Positions 25,310 through 37,400 of a stretch of 48,165 bases of DNA are shown one piece after another. The position numbers and the translations under genes are program-made. The stretch's first letter is position 1, and every line of letters begins with the position of its first letter. This DNA is from Octopus sinensis. Its lineage: Eukaryota. Under the pieces are notes generated by a model, which worked only from the letters and a program-made list of their open reading frames with translations, was not told the DNA's origin and did no database searches. Location of the stretch: assembly GCF_006345805.1 (NCBI RefSeq), contig NW_021834495.1:1-48165 (forward strand). Direction: 5' to 3'.

Positions 25310-25372
25310 CTTTCTTATTTGTGTGTTTCTCCTTACTAACGGTTAGTAAGGAGAGACACACAAATAAGAAAG
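25310..25372. repeat. Inverted repeat, 31-bp arms, 1-nt loop
   Basis: ctttcttatttgtgtgtttctccttactaac-g-gttagtaaggagagacacacaaataagaaag, one T-G. Confidence 0.9.
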
Positions 25373-25604
25373 AAGAAAGCAAAGGACCACTGATGCGGTC
25401 ACAGGAGTGTGACGAAAGAACCCTGGCCGAAATAATATTAAGTTTAATGTAAAAAATAAATAACACTGAAGCAAAGTAACACCAAATATATAGAGCGTGT
25501 GTTTTTATTGGCTAAACTGGCAAAATGACCATTCCGAAATACAACAATATATATAAATATATGTGTGGTGTGTGTGTTCGTGTATCTAAATATAAATTAT
25601 ATAT

Positions 25605-25975
25605 ATATATAAACTCTGAGGGGACTTTCTGTGAAAGTCTTAGGATGGGATGAACTTCCTGGATGGGTTAACTTCCAAAAAAACTCTGAGGATGGGATGA
25701 ATATCCTGGAAATGACCGAGGAGGAGGAACCTATTTGAAACGTCTGAGTAGAGTGTGTGCATTACTCGAAAATCTGGTGAAGTGGTTGTACTTCCTGGAA
25801 ATGTCTGAGGAAGTGTGTGACTTCTAAAAAGTCCGAGAAGGGGGAACTATCTGGAAATATATTTATTATATATATTGTATCTATTGTGTATATATTGTAT
25901 ATACGTATATATATTGTATAGTCCCATCCTCGGACTTTTCCAGGAAATCCACTCAATACTTCGTACTTTTGCAGG
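25605..25975. repeat. Degenerate ~30-bp minisatellite with an inverted copy on the right
   Basis: Approximate unit ACTTCCTGGAAAWGTCTGAGGATGGGATGA (about 7 copies, 25605-25857); inverted copy gtcccatcctcggacttttccaggaaa at 25921. Confidence 0.6.
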
Positions 25976-26020
25976 TAGTTCACAACTCCTTGGACTTTAT
26001 ATTACATTATATATTACATG

Positions 26021-26081
<61 letters not shown>

Positions 26082-26943
26082 GTGTGCGTGCGTGTAACTG
26101 CTAAGTTTCGTAAAGACACCCACGCCAGTGAGGGGCAAATGCAAAGACGACACATGTGTGTGTACATACATTCACATATATGTCTGTTCATATTTATGCG
26201 CCTGCGTATGTGTGTGTATGTGTGCGCGTTCGCGCGTACGTGCGTGGGTTTGTATTTATTTCGCAGCATCTTGGAGAGAGAGAGACCTACTGCTGTATCG
26301 TCAGATTAACTGTTATCTCGAGAGCAATATGGTAGCACATAGCCTGGAATATGCAAGGATTGAAAAGACTACTTTTTCAGTCATTGTCACGTTGATTCTT
26401 GTCCATCATCAAAAATAATACAGATGTCCATTCTGTTTAACTAAACTTATGACTAGCAAAAAGAAAAACTAACTCTCTGTTTTTGATTTTTTTTTTCTCC
26501 TTCAAACTGTTTGAACTGCAGACATCAGGAATTAATGCACATATCAGTAACAACAAATAAAAAGAAAGTTTAAAAAATCTCATAATTTACATTATATAAT
26601 AATTTATAACAAACTACAAACATTGTTTTTAATGCTTGGACAAGAAAATATATAATGAAAAATGATTTTAAAAATCTATGATAAAAATGCAATCTCCCGA
26701 GAGAAACTTGTATGAAAAATAACAAAGACTTTTGCTATAAAATACATTATGTTTTATCACCTGAAACATTTGTTTTAAGTTCTAAAATATGTTTTATTAG
26801 CGGAGCTACGTTGCTTGTGTACAATAATAAAACAAAAAATGGCGACGACATGATTTTTTAGTGTAATTCAAAGGCCAATACTATTAGTCATTGTTTTCAC
26901 CACGTCCATTAAACTAAATTATTGTCATTATTATCATCATTCA

Positions 26944-27125
26944 GGCGGCGAGCTGGCAGAATCGTTAACGCGCCGACCGAAATACTTAACTATCGATTCT
27001 GAGTTCAAATTTCTCCAAGGTTGACTTTCAGAGTCGATTAAATAACTACCAGTCACACTCTAGGGTCGATGTAATTGATTTAATCCCTTCCATCGAATTT
27101 GAAGCCTTGCACTACGAGTAGAAAG
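26944..27125 (+). mobile_element. SINE family A monomer
   Basis: ggcggcgagctggcagaatcg head, gagttcaaatt B box. Confidence 0.8.
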
Positions 27126-27142
27126 GATTATTATTATCATTA

Positions 27143-27510
27143 TATGTTTGACTTTTGCTTTGTACAAGTTAACGCCAAGTCTCACCAAGAGACCTCAAGA
27201 GACAACAGGTTAGAAGTTCAAGTTGGTGTTATGATTAAGGTGCCATATATTTGGTTTTGCACAAAGTGTTGGTCTAGGGAATGTTTAAAACATATGAAGG
27301 TTATGTTTGTTTTAGAATTTGAAATTACATAGATAGTATTTTTCGTAGGATATGGACAGATCCCATGAACACTATTTTTTAAATTTCTGCCGCTTTTAGC
27401 AAAGGCTCCTTTTGCTATCATTCCCAATGCACCTATGACAATAGGTATTGTCCCAGTCTTGAGGATCCGCATTTTGTTAATTTCTGTTTCAAGATCTTTG
27501 TAGCTGCTCA
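27143..27510 (-). mobile_element. R4/Dong-like 3' fragment, 5'-truncated
   Basis: SSYKDLETEINKMRILKTGTIPIVIGALGMI closely matches the C-terminus of the 34006-38060 element; (AAT)-rich tail at about 27126-27142. Confidence 0.85.
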
Positions 27511-27528
27511 TTATTATCATCATCATCA

Positions 27529-27560
<32 letters not shown>

Positions 27561-27655
27561 GTCGTTGTTGTCGTCGTCGTTGTCGTCGTCGTTGTCGTCG
27601 TCGTCGTTGTTGTTGTTGTTGTTGTTATTATTATCATTATTATTATAATTATTAT
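27511..27655. repeat. Compound (CAT)/(GTC)/(GTT)/(TTA) microsatellite
   Basis: Direct reading. Confidence 0.95.
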
Positions 27656-27932
27656 CAATAGAGTCGTTAACGCATTGAAAGCGAAACACTTAGGAATAGC
27701 TGTCTTTATGTACCCATTCCAACGAGGTTAAATTTTTCATTTTTTTCTTTCGTATGAATAAAATAAAGTACCTGTGATGCACAGGGGTCGACGCAATCGA
27801 GAAAACTCTTCCTTTCAAAATTTCAGGCTATGTGCCTATATTAGAAACAATCATCATCATCACCATCATTATCATCATCATCATCATCATAGTCACTGTC
27901 CTCATATTTGTTTTTGCACTGCTTATTTATAT

Positions 27933-28322
27933 TTACTCTTTTACTCTTTTACTTGTTTCAGTCATGCTGTCATGCTGGAGCAAATTCGACCCCAGGACTT
28001 ATTCTTTGTAAGCCTAATACTTATTATATCGGTATCTTTTGCCGAACCGCTAGAATTTCGGGGACGTAAACACACCAGCGTCGGTTGTCAAGCGATGTTG
28101 GGGGAACAAAACAGACACACAAACACACACACACATATATTTATATATATATACATACACGACGGGCTTCTTTGAATTTGCGTCTACAGAATCCACTCAC
28201 AAGACTTTGGTCAGCCCAAGGCTATAGTAGAAGACATTTGCTCAAGTTGCCACATAGTGGGACTGAACCCGGAACCATGTGGTTGGTAAGCAAGCTACTT
28301 ATCACACAGCTATTCCTACGCC
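27933..28322 (-). mobile_element. SINE family B, full length (tRNA head + CORE-like domain; OR1/OR2-like by recollection)
   Basis: Minus head ggcgtaggaatagctgtgtgataag, B box gggttcagtccc, ggcaa..tgtcttcta core, tail ctccagcatg...actgaaacaagtaaaagag. Confidence 0.85.
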
Positions 28323-28772
28323 TATAAAATGAAGAACAGCTTTAATTTGATTTGTTAACCTTAGTGGGTTGTCATCAGCAGTTTAATAATATTTTAGAAA
28401 GTTTTATTATATCATGGCTTTCTATATTTTTCACTTGAACCCTCAACAATAGATATCGGGTTTTGCAGGTGGATATATAGCAGATCAAAAATTGTTATTG
28501 CTACGAACACCACCACTACAAAATGCTGTTTCCGATGCTGATTGTTATATTATATATTTATTAGATATCATCATATCAGCTACAGTGAATCATATAAACA
28601 TGAATATAACTCACGGCTTTTGTTTCCTCGGTTATTTAAGTAAACAGCTCGAGGTATGCTACGGTTTGTTGCAACCTCCTCCATAACGTTTCTCCTCTCA
28701 CTACCTTTCTTTCTCTCTATCACACACACACATACACATACACACACACACATACATACACTTATACACATG

Positions 28773-29250
28773 CATTCTGTCTCTTTGTATCTTACCCTAT
28801 ATCATTCTTTCTCTTCATCCTGTCGTTTCTTTTCCACTAGTGTCTGTGTACGTGTAAATACATATATGCATACACACACACGTATACGTGTGTACACGCA
28901 CGTACGGATATATGAATATATAATATACGTAACTGGATATGAATATATAATCACGCACAACGCAAACATATCACACACACACACATACACACACACACAT
29001 ACATACACTTATACACATCATTCTGTCTCTTTGTATCTTACCCTATATCATTCTTTCTCTTCATCCTGTCGTTTCTTTTCCACTAGTGTCTGTGTACGTG
29101 TAAATACATATATGCATACACACACACGTATACGTGTGTACACGCACGTACGGATATATGAATATATAATATACGTAACTGGATATATGAATATATAATC
29201 ACGCACAAACGCAAACATATCACACACACACACATACACACCACACACAC
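28773..29250. repeat. Tandem duplication, 246-bp period, near identical
   Basis: cattctgtctctttgtatcttaccctatatc starts at 28773 and 29019. Confidence 0.9.
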
Positions 29251-29808
29251 ACACTCAAGCACACGCGCCTAACGGAATGTATACTTCAAATAAATAGATT
29301 GGAATGAACTTTTCTTTCTTATTGACTTTCACCTGCCATGTTCTTTGTTGGTGTCAATCTCTCCACTATCCCTGGTGACTCCGGCATATTAAAAGATAAG
29401 TGAATCGATGGATTAGCATAGAATTGGTGTGCAATTCGATAATAAAAGTAAATAAATCGAATATTATGGTGGATCAATGTATTAACAAAGAAATGGAGAC
29501 CATTTTGATCATAAGACTACATAAACCGAATCTTATCGAAGTGAAATAAACGAAGAAAATAGAAAACCAAAAAGAAAAGGAAAGAATAGTTTCCAGTCGT
29601 GGAATATGCACAATATTTCTATTGGAAATATTCATCGTATTTTTCGAATATTAAATAATTCTTCAAATAAATATTTGTGTTTCTTATTATTTTGTTATAT
29701 ACAGGTCTTGGCCTGGAGGTTTCTTGATTGTCATGCAAATATATACACAAGCTGGCCTCGTGTATATCTTTGTTTAAAATATTTGTTTTACCTCTGGTAT
29801 AGTTTCAG

Positions 29809-29868
29809 GTTATTTCCTTATTAAATCAAGCTATTTCGATACGCCCCGTAAATACAGAGATCGAGCAA
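29809..29868 (+). CDS. Candidate 60-nt exon (VISLLNQAISIRPVNTEIEQ)
   Basis: agtttcag| acceptor, |gtgaga donor, open phase 0/0. Confidence 0.25.
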
Positions 29869-30007
29869 GTGAGAGAAAGGCCTAGGATATATCTCCCCTG
29901 AGCCTTGATTCATCTAGGTCTTCATAACCATCTTGGTTGACAGTTGTGAACAGCGTTAAATTTTCAGGGGTTTTTTTTTTTACTATTCATTCTATTATAT
30001 TTTATTC

Positions 30008-30404
30008 TTTTCTACTCAAGGCACAAAGCCTGAAATTTTGGGGTAAAGGGGCCAGTCGATTAGATCGACCCTAGTACGTAACTGGTACTTAATTTATCAA
30101 CCCCAAATGGATGAAAGGCAAAGTCAACCTCGGCGAAGTTTGAACTCAGAACGTAGCGGCAGATGAAATACCTATTTCTTTACTACTCACAAGGGGCTAA
30201 ACACAGAGAGGACAAACAAGGACAGACAAACGGATTAAGTCGATTATATCGACCCCAGTGCGTAACTGGTTCTTATTTAATCGACACCCAAAAGGATGAA
30301 AGGCAAAGTCGACCTCGGCGGAATTTGAACTCAGAACGTAGCGGCAGACGAAATACTGCTAAGCATTTCGCCCGGCATGCTAACGTTTCTGCCAGCTCGC
30401 CGCC
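30008..30404 (-). mobile_element. SINE family A, dimeric
   Basis: Reverse complement of the 5978-6363 type; truncates the adjacent R4-like copy. Confidence 0.85.
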
Positions 30405-30407
30405 TTA

Positions 30408-30760
30408 TTTTATTACATTTTATTGCAAAGTCTATGATCTTACACTGTGCGTGTGTGTTTTATATTTGTTTTCTACAACATCTGTTCTCTTTCCTTCAAT
30501 AATATGATCTCCCTGTATGGGAAAATTCCATAAAATCATGTAATCATTATTTGACATCAGAGACTCTGGATCGTGTTCATAACACATTTCTTCCTATTTT
30601 TTTATCCACAGTCTTGACTTACGTCTCAACGCACTTTCTTACCGACATAGTTACGCCAACTCTTAAACGATGTTGTTCTACTTTAGTGAATTTACTTAAT
30701 GGACGCTTTATAATTTCGTTTCTTTTTTCACAGATTCAGTATTTGTTCTCAGTTTTATGT
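30408..30760 (-). mobile_element. Old R4-like fragment, paralogous to 38161-38775
   Basis: Aligns by eye with 38161-38520 (gaacacgatccagagtc...atgattttatgg...catattattgaaggaaagag). Confidence 0.75.
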
Positions 30761-30777
30761 TATTATTATTATTATTA

Positions 30778-30817
<40 letters not shown>

Positions 30818-30858
30818 CATTGTTGTTGTTGTTGTTGTTGTTTTTGTTGTTACTATTA

Positions 30859-30960
30859 AGGCGGAGAGCAGTCTGAATCGTTAACGTGCTGGACGAAATG
30901 CTTAGCAGCGTCCCGTCCCTAAGTTCTGAGTTCAAATTCAGCCGAGATCAACTTTGCATA
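30859..30960 (+). mobile_element. SINE family A head fragment
   Basis: aaggcggagagcagtctgaatcg...gagttcaaattcagccgag. Confidence 0.7.
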
Positions 30961-31144
30961 TGGAGTGATTCGTAAATACAAGTGTATAGATATGTTGTAT
31001 TTTCTGTTTTTGAATCCGTTTCACTCTAACAGACCTGCTTTGACACTGATACACACGTAAACTTTTTTTTTATTTACGATATGAGACTAGAATCCTTTCA
31101 AACTACATAGCAATTTTGAAACATAGCCATATATATATATATAT

Positions 31145-31300
31145 ATATGGAGAGTTTACGAAAAAAACAAAAGACGAAGACAGGTGGTGTACAAAACAAA
31201 CAGATGTATTAGTATAACGCTCAGGAATAAAAAAAGTCTTTTACGTTCCTTCCGAGCCTACGCTCTTCTACAGAAAGGGACACAGAAAAAACAAGGAGAG
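31145..31300 (-). mobile_element. Penelope-like terminal fragment (H3); hammerhead 31238-31277 disrupted at GAAA
   Basis: CTTT-CTGTAGA-A-GAGC-GTAG-GCTC-GGAAGGAAC-GT-A-AAAG. Confidence 0.6.
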
Positions 31301-31362
31301 AAACAGGGAGAGAAAAAATGGTGTGTAGTGGCTAACGATCTATCATGGTGACTGATAGTATG

Positions 31363-31427
<65 letters not shown>

Positions 31428-31564
31428 TATATAAAAGTGACCACGCTAAACTGGATATAAAATTTGTTTTTGTTACTAATACTGCTTCCGTTGCTTAATA
31501 AATATACACACACACAAATAGTTTAATTTAAATGAAGTACTGCCTGGTATACACATACAAGATG

Positions 31565-31626
<62 letters not shown>

Positions 31627-31925
31627 CTAATGTTTTTAAAATATTTTTTGTTCTAAAACCAAAAGAATACAAGTTAAAAAACATGATGGAAGTCGAGAGT
31701 TTGTACTTTTATTTGATATTTCAATAATTCTCATTTCAGAGACTGCGCCTCCCAACACCATTTCACTGAAGATTTTCTGATGACAGGTTACTAACCCTGA
31801 ACTATCTGAATTACCGTCAAAAGCACTTACCATCGACTTATAATTTTTTCCTGTAACTTGCATTGTTTTGGTTGAAAAAAAAGTTATAAACATATATATA
31901 TATGTGTGGTGTATGAATGTATTTA

Positions 31926-31984
<59 letters not shown>

Positions 31985-32013
31985 GTATGTATATATAATA
32001 TATATGTATATAT

Positions 32014-32065
<52 letters not shown>

Positions 32066-32074
32066 ATATATATA

Positions 32075-32230
32075 TGAAATTTACAGACAAACTAAAGATG
32101 ATTACAGGTGTATAAACAATGATCAGGTGTATAAGTTTAACGCTCGGGAAGGTGAGAAAGTGTTTTACATTTCGTGCCTACGCTCTTCAATAGAAAGGAA
32201 CACGATGAAATAAGCAGAGAGAGAATAAAT
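32075..32230 (-). mobile_element. Penelope-like terminal fragment (H3); degenerate hammerhead 32162-32197
   Basis: CTTT-CTATTGA-A-GAGC-GTAG-GCAC-GAAA-TGT-A-AAAC. Confidence 0.6.
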
Positions 32231-32594
32231 AAAATCTTCTGGAGCAAGCGGTCAATCATACGCAGAGTAAAAAGCCTTCAATTGTCCCTTATTCACACAC
32301 ATGTAATAGCTTTGTTTCCAGAATGGCTCTGGGGTCCTTTCGGCAGTCAAGACATTTGCGGTTTCACTTGTTCTTTTTTGTTGAGCCCGCATTGAACATA
32401 TGCCCTCACTGTATCACATTGTTAATGGCCGTCCGTGTCAAAGTCGTGGCCGTCATACTTCATCTATTACTTACTATCACCTCGATACTTAGTTATGGAT
32501 AATTGTGTGCAACACAGTCGTTCCCTTTGCGTGTCCTTATTTGTACTCCATTGTAAAAACTCAGCACAGTGTCCTGCATTAATTACCCCAACCT

Positions 32595-32805
32595 AAGAGC
32601 TGGCAGAATCATTTGCACACGGGTGAGATGCTTTGACGTATTTCGTCTGTCGCTACATTCTGAGTTCAAATACCGTCATGGTCGACTTTGTATTTCATCC
32701 TTTCGAGGTCGATAAATTAAGTACCGGTGAAACACTGGAGTTGCTGTAATCCAGTAATACCCCTCCCCTGAATTTCAGACCTTGTGCCTTTAGTAGGAAG
32801 GATTA
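32595..32805 (+). mobile_element. SINE family A monomer
   Basis: gagctggcagaatc head, gagttcaaatacc B box. Confidence 0.75.
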
Positions 32806-32881
32806 TTTACCCCCTCCCTCAACCAATGGAAAATCACCGCTCTACTTGTCAGCCAAGATGGGTTGAAATTTTTCTTTTCAG

Positions 32882-32919
32882 GTCAGAAGATAAACTTGTC
32901 TGTTATTAGCGGTTCAAAG
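32882..32919 (+). CDS. Candidate 38-nt exon (xQKINLSVISGSK)
   Basis: Near-consensus acceptor tttttcttttcag|G and donor AAG|gtaagt; open phase 1 to phase 0. Confidence 0.4.
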
Positions 32920-33544
32920 GTAAGTTTCCGCATCTCATGCTCTAGGATGAAAGCCTCCGGCAGATACCTTTCCTAATTGCCAAAGTTTGCAACTCAGATT
33001 TTTTTCTGAGCAAGCTGATCCATATTTTGTATATGTGTTTCAGGCGGCGCTGGAGAAAGAAAAATTAATATGATTTCTCACTTTTTATTTCAGACGGTAA
33101 AACGTATGCATGCAAGTGTATGTACCTTGATGTTTTTGTTGTTCTCTGTGTATCATTGGAAATATTCCAGTTAATATCAGTGTTATCTGACAAAAAAAGT
33201 TTTTTTCTCTCTTGAATAGTTACACCCTGCTGTGGAATTATTATTGTTGTTGCTGTTGTTGTCGTCGTCGTTGTTGGTATTTGTTTCTGTGGTTTAACAT
33301 TCAGTTGACTTTTATGACGGGCGTTGTCCTTCTGGCAGAAAGCCATCTTAAGATGATTACAGTTCTCAAAATGTCCAAAAATATATGTTTTTCTTCAGGT
33401 ATGGATGACATTCAGAACGATCCAAAATGATGGCCTGAATAAGAAGAAATGCTTTTATTTTCTACAATTACTCTTGTAATTGAAGAAGTCCAAATTATAA
33501 GGAACAGAAAGATGCACATGTTTCCATGGCAACCCAAATCTAAA

Positions 33545-33730
<186 letters not shown>

Positions 33731-33734
33731 CGGT

Positions 33735-33942
33735 TGAAATTTTGCCACAAGGGCTAAAATCTTGGGGGAGGAGAGGAGGTGATTAATTCGACCCCAGTTT
33801 TCAACTGGTGCTTTTTTTATCGACGCCGAAAGGACGAAAGCCAAAGTCGATCTCGGCGGAGTTTTAACTCAGAACGTAGTGACGGGCGAAATGGCGCTAA
33901 GCATTTCGTCCAGAGAGCTACAGATTCTGTCGGTTCACCGCC
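33735..33942 (-). mobile_element. SINE family A monomer between two (TAA)n tracts
   Basis: cggttcaccgcctt head (reverse complement), aactcagaacgtag B box. Confidence 0.8.
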
Positions 33943-33943
33943 T

Positions 33944-33945
33944 TA

Positions 33946-34005
<60 letters not shown>
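33944..34005. repeat. (TAA)n tract at 5' junction of the R4/Dong element
   Basis: Direct reading. Confidence 0.95.
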
Positions 34006-34150
34006 GGACGTTTAAGAGGAAGACACCGGGGACGTTTAAGAGAAGACACCGGGGACGTTTAAGAGGAAGACACCGGGGACGTTTAAGATGTAAGAAGGAA
34101 AATACGGAAGACACCGGGGACGTTTAAGATGTAAGAAGGAAAATACAGAG
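34006..34150 (+). repeat. Tandem 5'-terminal repeats of the R4 element
   Basis: Five copies of GGACGTTTAAG, four followed by GAAGACACCGG; three units of about 24-25 bp, then longer units. Confidence 0.9.
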
Positions 34151-34464
34151 CTCCGAAATCTATCCACAAACATCGAAAACAAGGACACCCTATGGAGCCA
34201 AAGATTTACTAACAAAGAATTGGACTATATCCGAGTAAGTAATACGAATTGAAATTTATTACTATTTTCGAAACGAAATGATGTATTTTGACTCGATATT
34301 ATCTCCACCTCTAACACAACACATGTAAACATGCGTGGAACAACACGATCATCCCCGACCTCAAACACCATGTACAAAGGAACTACGAAGAATTAAATGC
34401 CACCGATACTATTCAACCCAAGAATAACAATCGAGCGGTACGTACATTAAACCTACAACAAAAA

Positions 34465-37400
34465 ATGTACGAAAAACTACACGTGCGAAATAATGTGACA
34501 ACAGAAATAAACGGACCGGTACCCTACGAAAATGACGACCGTCAAAATAATGGGCCGGACGTTGTACCTCATGTCCCGCAATTAAAACCCAAAAGACGTA
34601 AATGGACACGTGAGGAATACATTTCTATCTTACACGCATACTTCACAGCAATGCTCTACCCACAAAATGAAAATACAACAACACATACATATAAAATATG
34701 GAAGGAAAATAATAGAGATATAGACTTGGATACAGCAATGAACCCTAATAAATTAGCTAACGTACGAAGATACATTCTCAAAGCCAAAAAAATATCAGAA
34801 ATAGAAATAGAACATTTAAAAGAAAAAATACACCAGGAAAATGTAGATAGAAGCCACACAACAATGCCCAATAATATAAACACTGAAACTGTAAAACACG
34901 AAGACAAACGCAACATTCCCAACAAACACGATGTAAACAACGAAGGGGAGCCTAATGATTATGATAATATAAAAAATAAAATAATCAAAGAACTAAAAAC
35001 CACAGAGCTCAAAATGGACCACCGACCATACCTCCCAAGAATAAAAATAAACACAATAACAACACCAATTATAAACAACATAAACCTAGCCGTCACTGAA
35101 CTAGCCACTGAAACAAAAAAAAGTGATATCACTGAACTAAATGACTTGATATACGCAGCAGCCACTGCAGCCACAAAAGAAGCTGGATACTCACCCAAAC
35201 CCGCCCAAACAGGAGTACCACCACCCAAACAAACCCTGTGGATAAATAACATCCAAAACAAAATTTAAAAAAATTAGAAAAGACCTGTCGATTCTTAATG
35301 AAATCAGCAAACAAGCAACGCTACTGAGCAACAAAAAGAGAACAAAAATGCTCCGCAAATATAACATCACGGAAAAAGATTTGCCGGAGATAAAAGAAAA
35401 GCTGAAGCAAGATATCCTTGCCAAAGCTCAAAGGATCCGCCGGTACGAGAAACGCCAACGCTTCTTTGAACAAACAAAAAGTTCAACTCCGACCCCAAAA
35501 AAGTTCTACCAAGAACTGGGCAAAAATAAAATAGAAGTCACTGCAGCACCAACGGCAGAAGAATTGGAAGAATTCTGGAAAGAAATATGGTCGGCGAACG
35601 AACAGCCAAAAAAAAGGAGTATGAAAATAACAAACTCGGCATCTGAACAACTTTGGACCCCCATAACAACTGAAGAGGTCACCCAGGCACTGCAAAAACT
35701 AAGCAACTGGAAGGCACCTGGGCATGACAAGATCCCCAACTTCTGGTTGAAATATCTAACAGGAATGCACAAAAAGCTGGCTGAAAACTTTAACAGCATA
35801 CTAGCAGAGCCAGAGACAATGCCTGAATGGCTCACGAAGGGGAAAACCATCTTAATTCCCAATCAAATGAAACAACAAACCAGAAAACTACAGACCAATA
35901 ACCTGCCTCCCTACTATGTTCAAGGCATTTACTGCAGTGATATCGCAAAGGCTGAACAAGCACCTGGACGAAAACAAACTGTTCCCAGAAGAGCAGAAAG
36001 GATGCCGCAAGGGCTCATATGGCTGTAAAGATCAACTAATGATTAATAAAGCCGTAACTGAAGACAGCCACAGAAAGAAGAAAGGCCTCAGTATGGCCTG
36101 GATTGACTACAAAAAAGCGTTTGATAGCATCCCCCACACATGGATCCTCGAAACACTAGCCATTAACAAAGTAGCACCAACAATCATAAAATTCATAGAG
36201 CACTCTATGAATAAATGGCAAACAGTCCTACACCTCCAAACAAAAAAGGGACTCATGAAAACCAAAGACATCCCCATTAGAAGAGGAATATTCCAGGGAG
36301 ACACGCTCTCTCCACTCCTTTTCTGCTTGGCACTGTCACCTCTCTGATATGCTAAATAGAACTGGATGCGGATATAAATGTTACGGCAAAACGATCAGCC
36401 ACCTTTTATATATGGATGACCTAAAACTATACGCTGCAAATGACAAACAGCTGGAAACACTATTAAAGACAGTTCATGGATTTACCAAAGAAATAGATAT
36501 GAAATTTGGATTAGAAAAATGCGCCAAAGTAACCATGAAAAGAGGAAAACTAGTTAAAAGTAACAACATCACACTAGATAAAACAATGAAATAAAAGAAT
36601 TAGACCAAAGCCAAACTTACAAATACTTAGGAATCCATGAACTAGATAAGACACAACACACACAAATGAAAGAGAAAATAAAAAAAGAATATTATAGACG
36701 AGTTAGATCAATACTAAAAACAGAGCTCAATGCTAAAAACAAGATAATAGGTATCAACACTTTAGCTGTCCCAGTTATAAGTTACAGCTACAATATCCTT
36801 AACTGGACACGAAATGAACTGTCCAAAATAGATAGGAAAACAAGAAAAATGACAGGATCTAGGATGCATCACCCAAAATCTGACATAGAAAGACTATATA
36901 TACAACGTATAGAAGGTGGTAGAGGCCTTATACAGCTGGAAAACTACTATAAAATACCACCATAGGACTGCAAAAATACCTACTTCAGAAGGAAGGAAAA
37001 CTGATCCAGATAGCAGCAAAACACGAGCAAAAAAAAAAACTGTTCTCAGTATTTAAGGAAGCTGACAAATACAAACAAGAAATCATACCACCTAATAAAA
37101 CAAAGAAGAAGAAGAAGATGATGAAGAAAAAACAAAAGCTATAAAACAAATGAAATCCAAACTAAAAATAGAACAGCAACGAGCCATGATAAAACGATGG
37201 CAAGAAAAGCCCCTTCATGGTAAATACTGCACTAAACTAAACGCAAAAGAAATAGACAAAGAAAAATCCCAGCAATGGTTGAGAAGCTCAGGACTCAAAG
37301 CAGAAACAGAGGGATTTTTAATTGCAGCACAAGACCAAAGCCTCCCCACCAGAAATTACCAAAAACATGTAATGAAAAGAAATATTACAAGTAACTGCAG

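Noticed and set aside
34006-34150. Short regularly spaced repeats resembling a CRISPR array
   Set aside because: No unique spacers, no cas genes, eukaryotic context; they are the 5' end of a retrotransposon.
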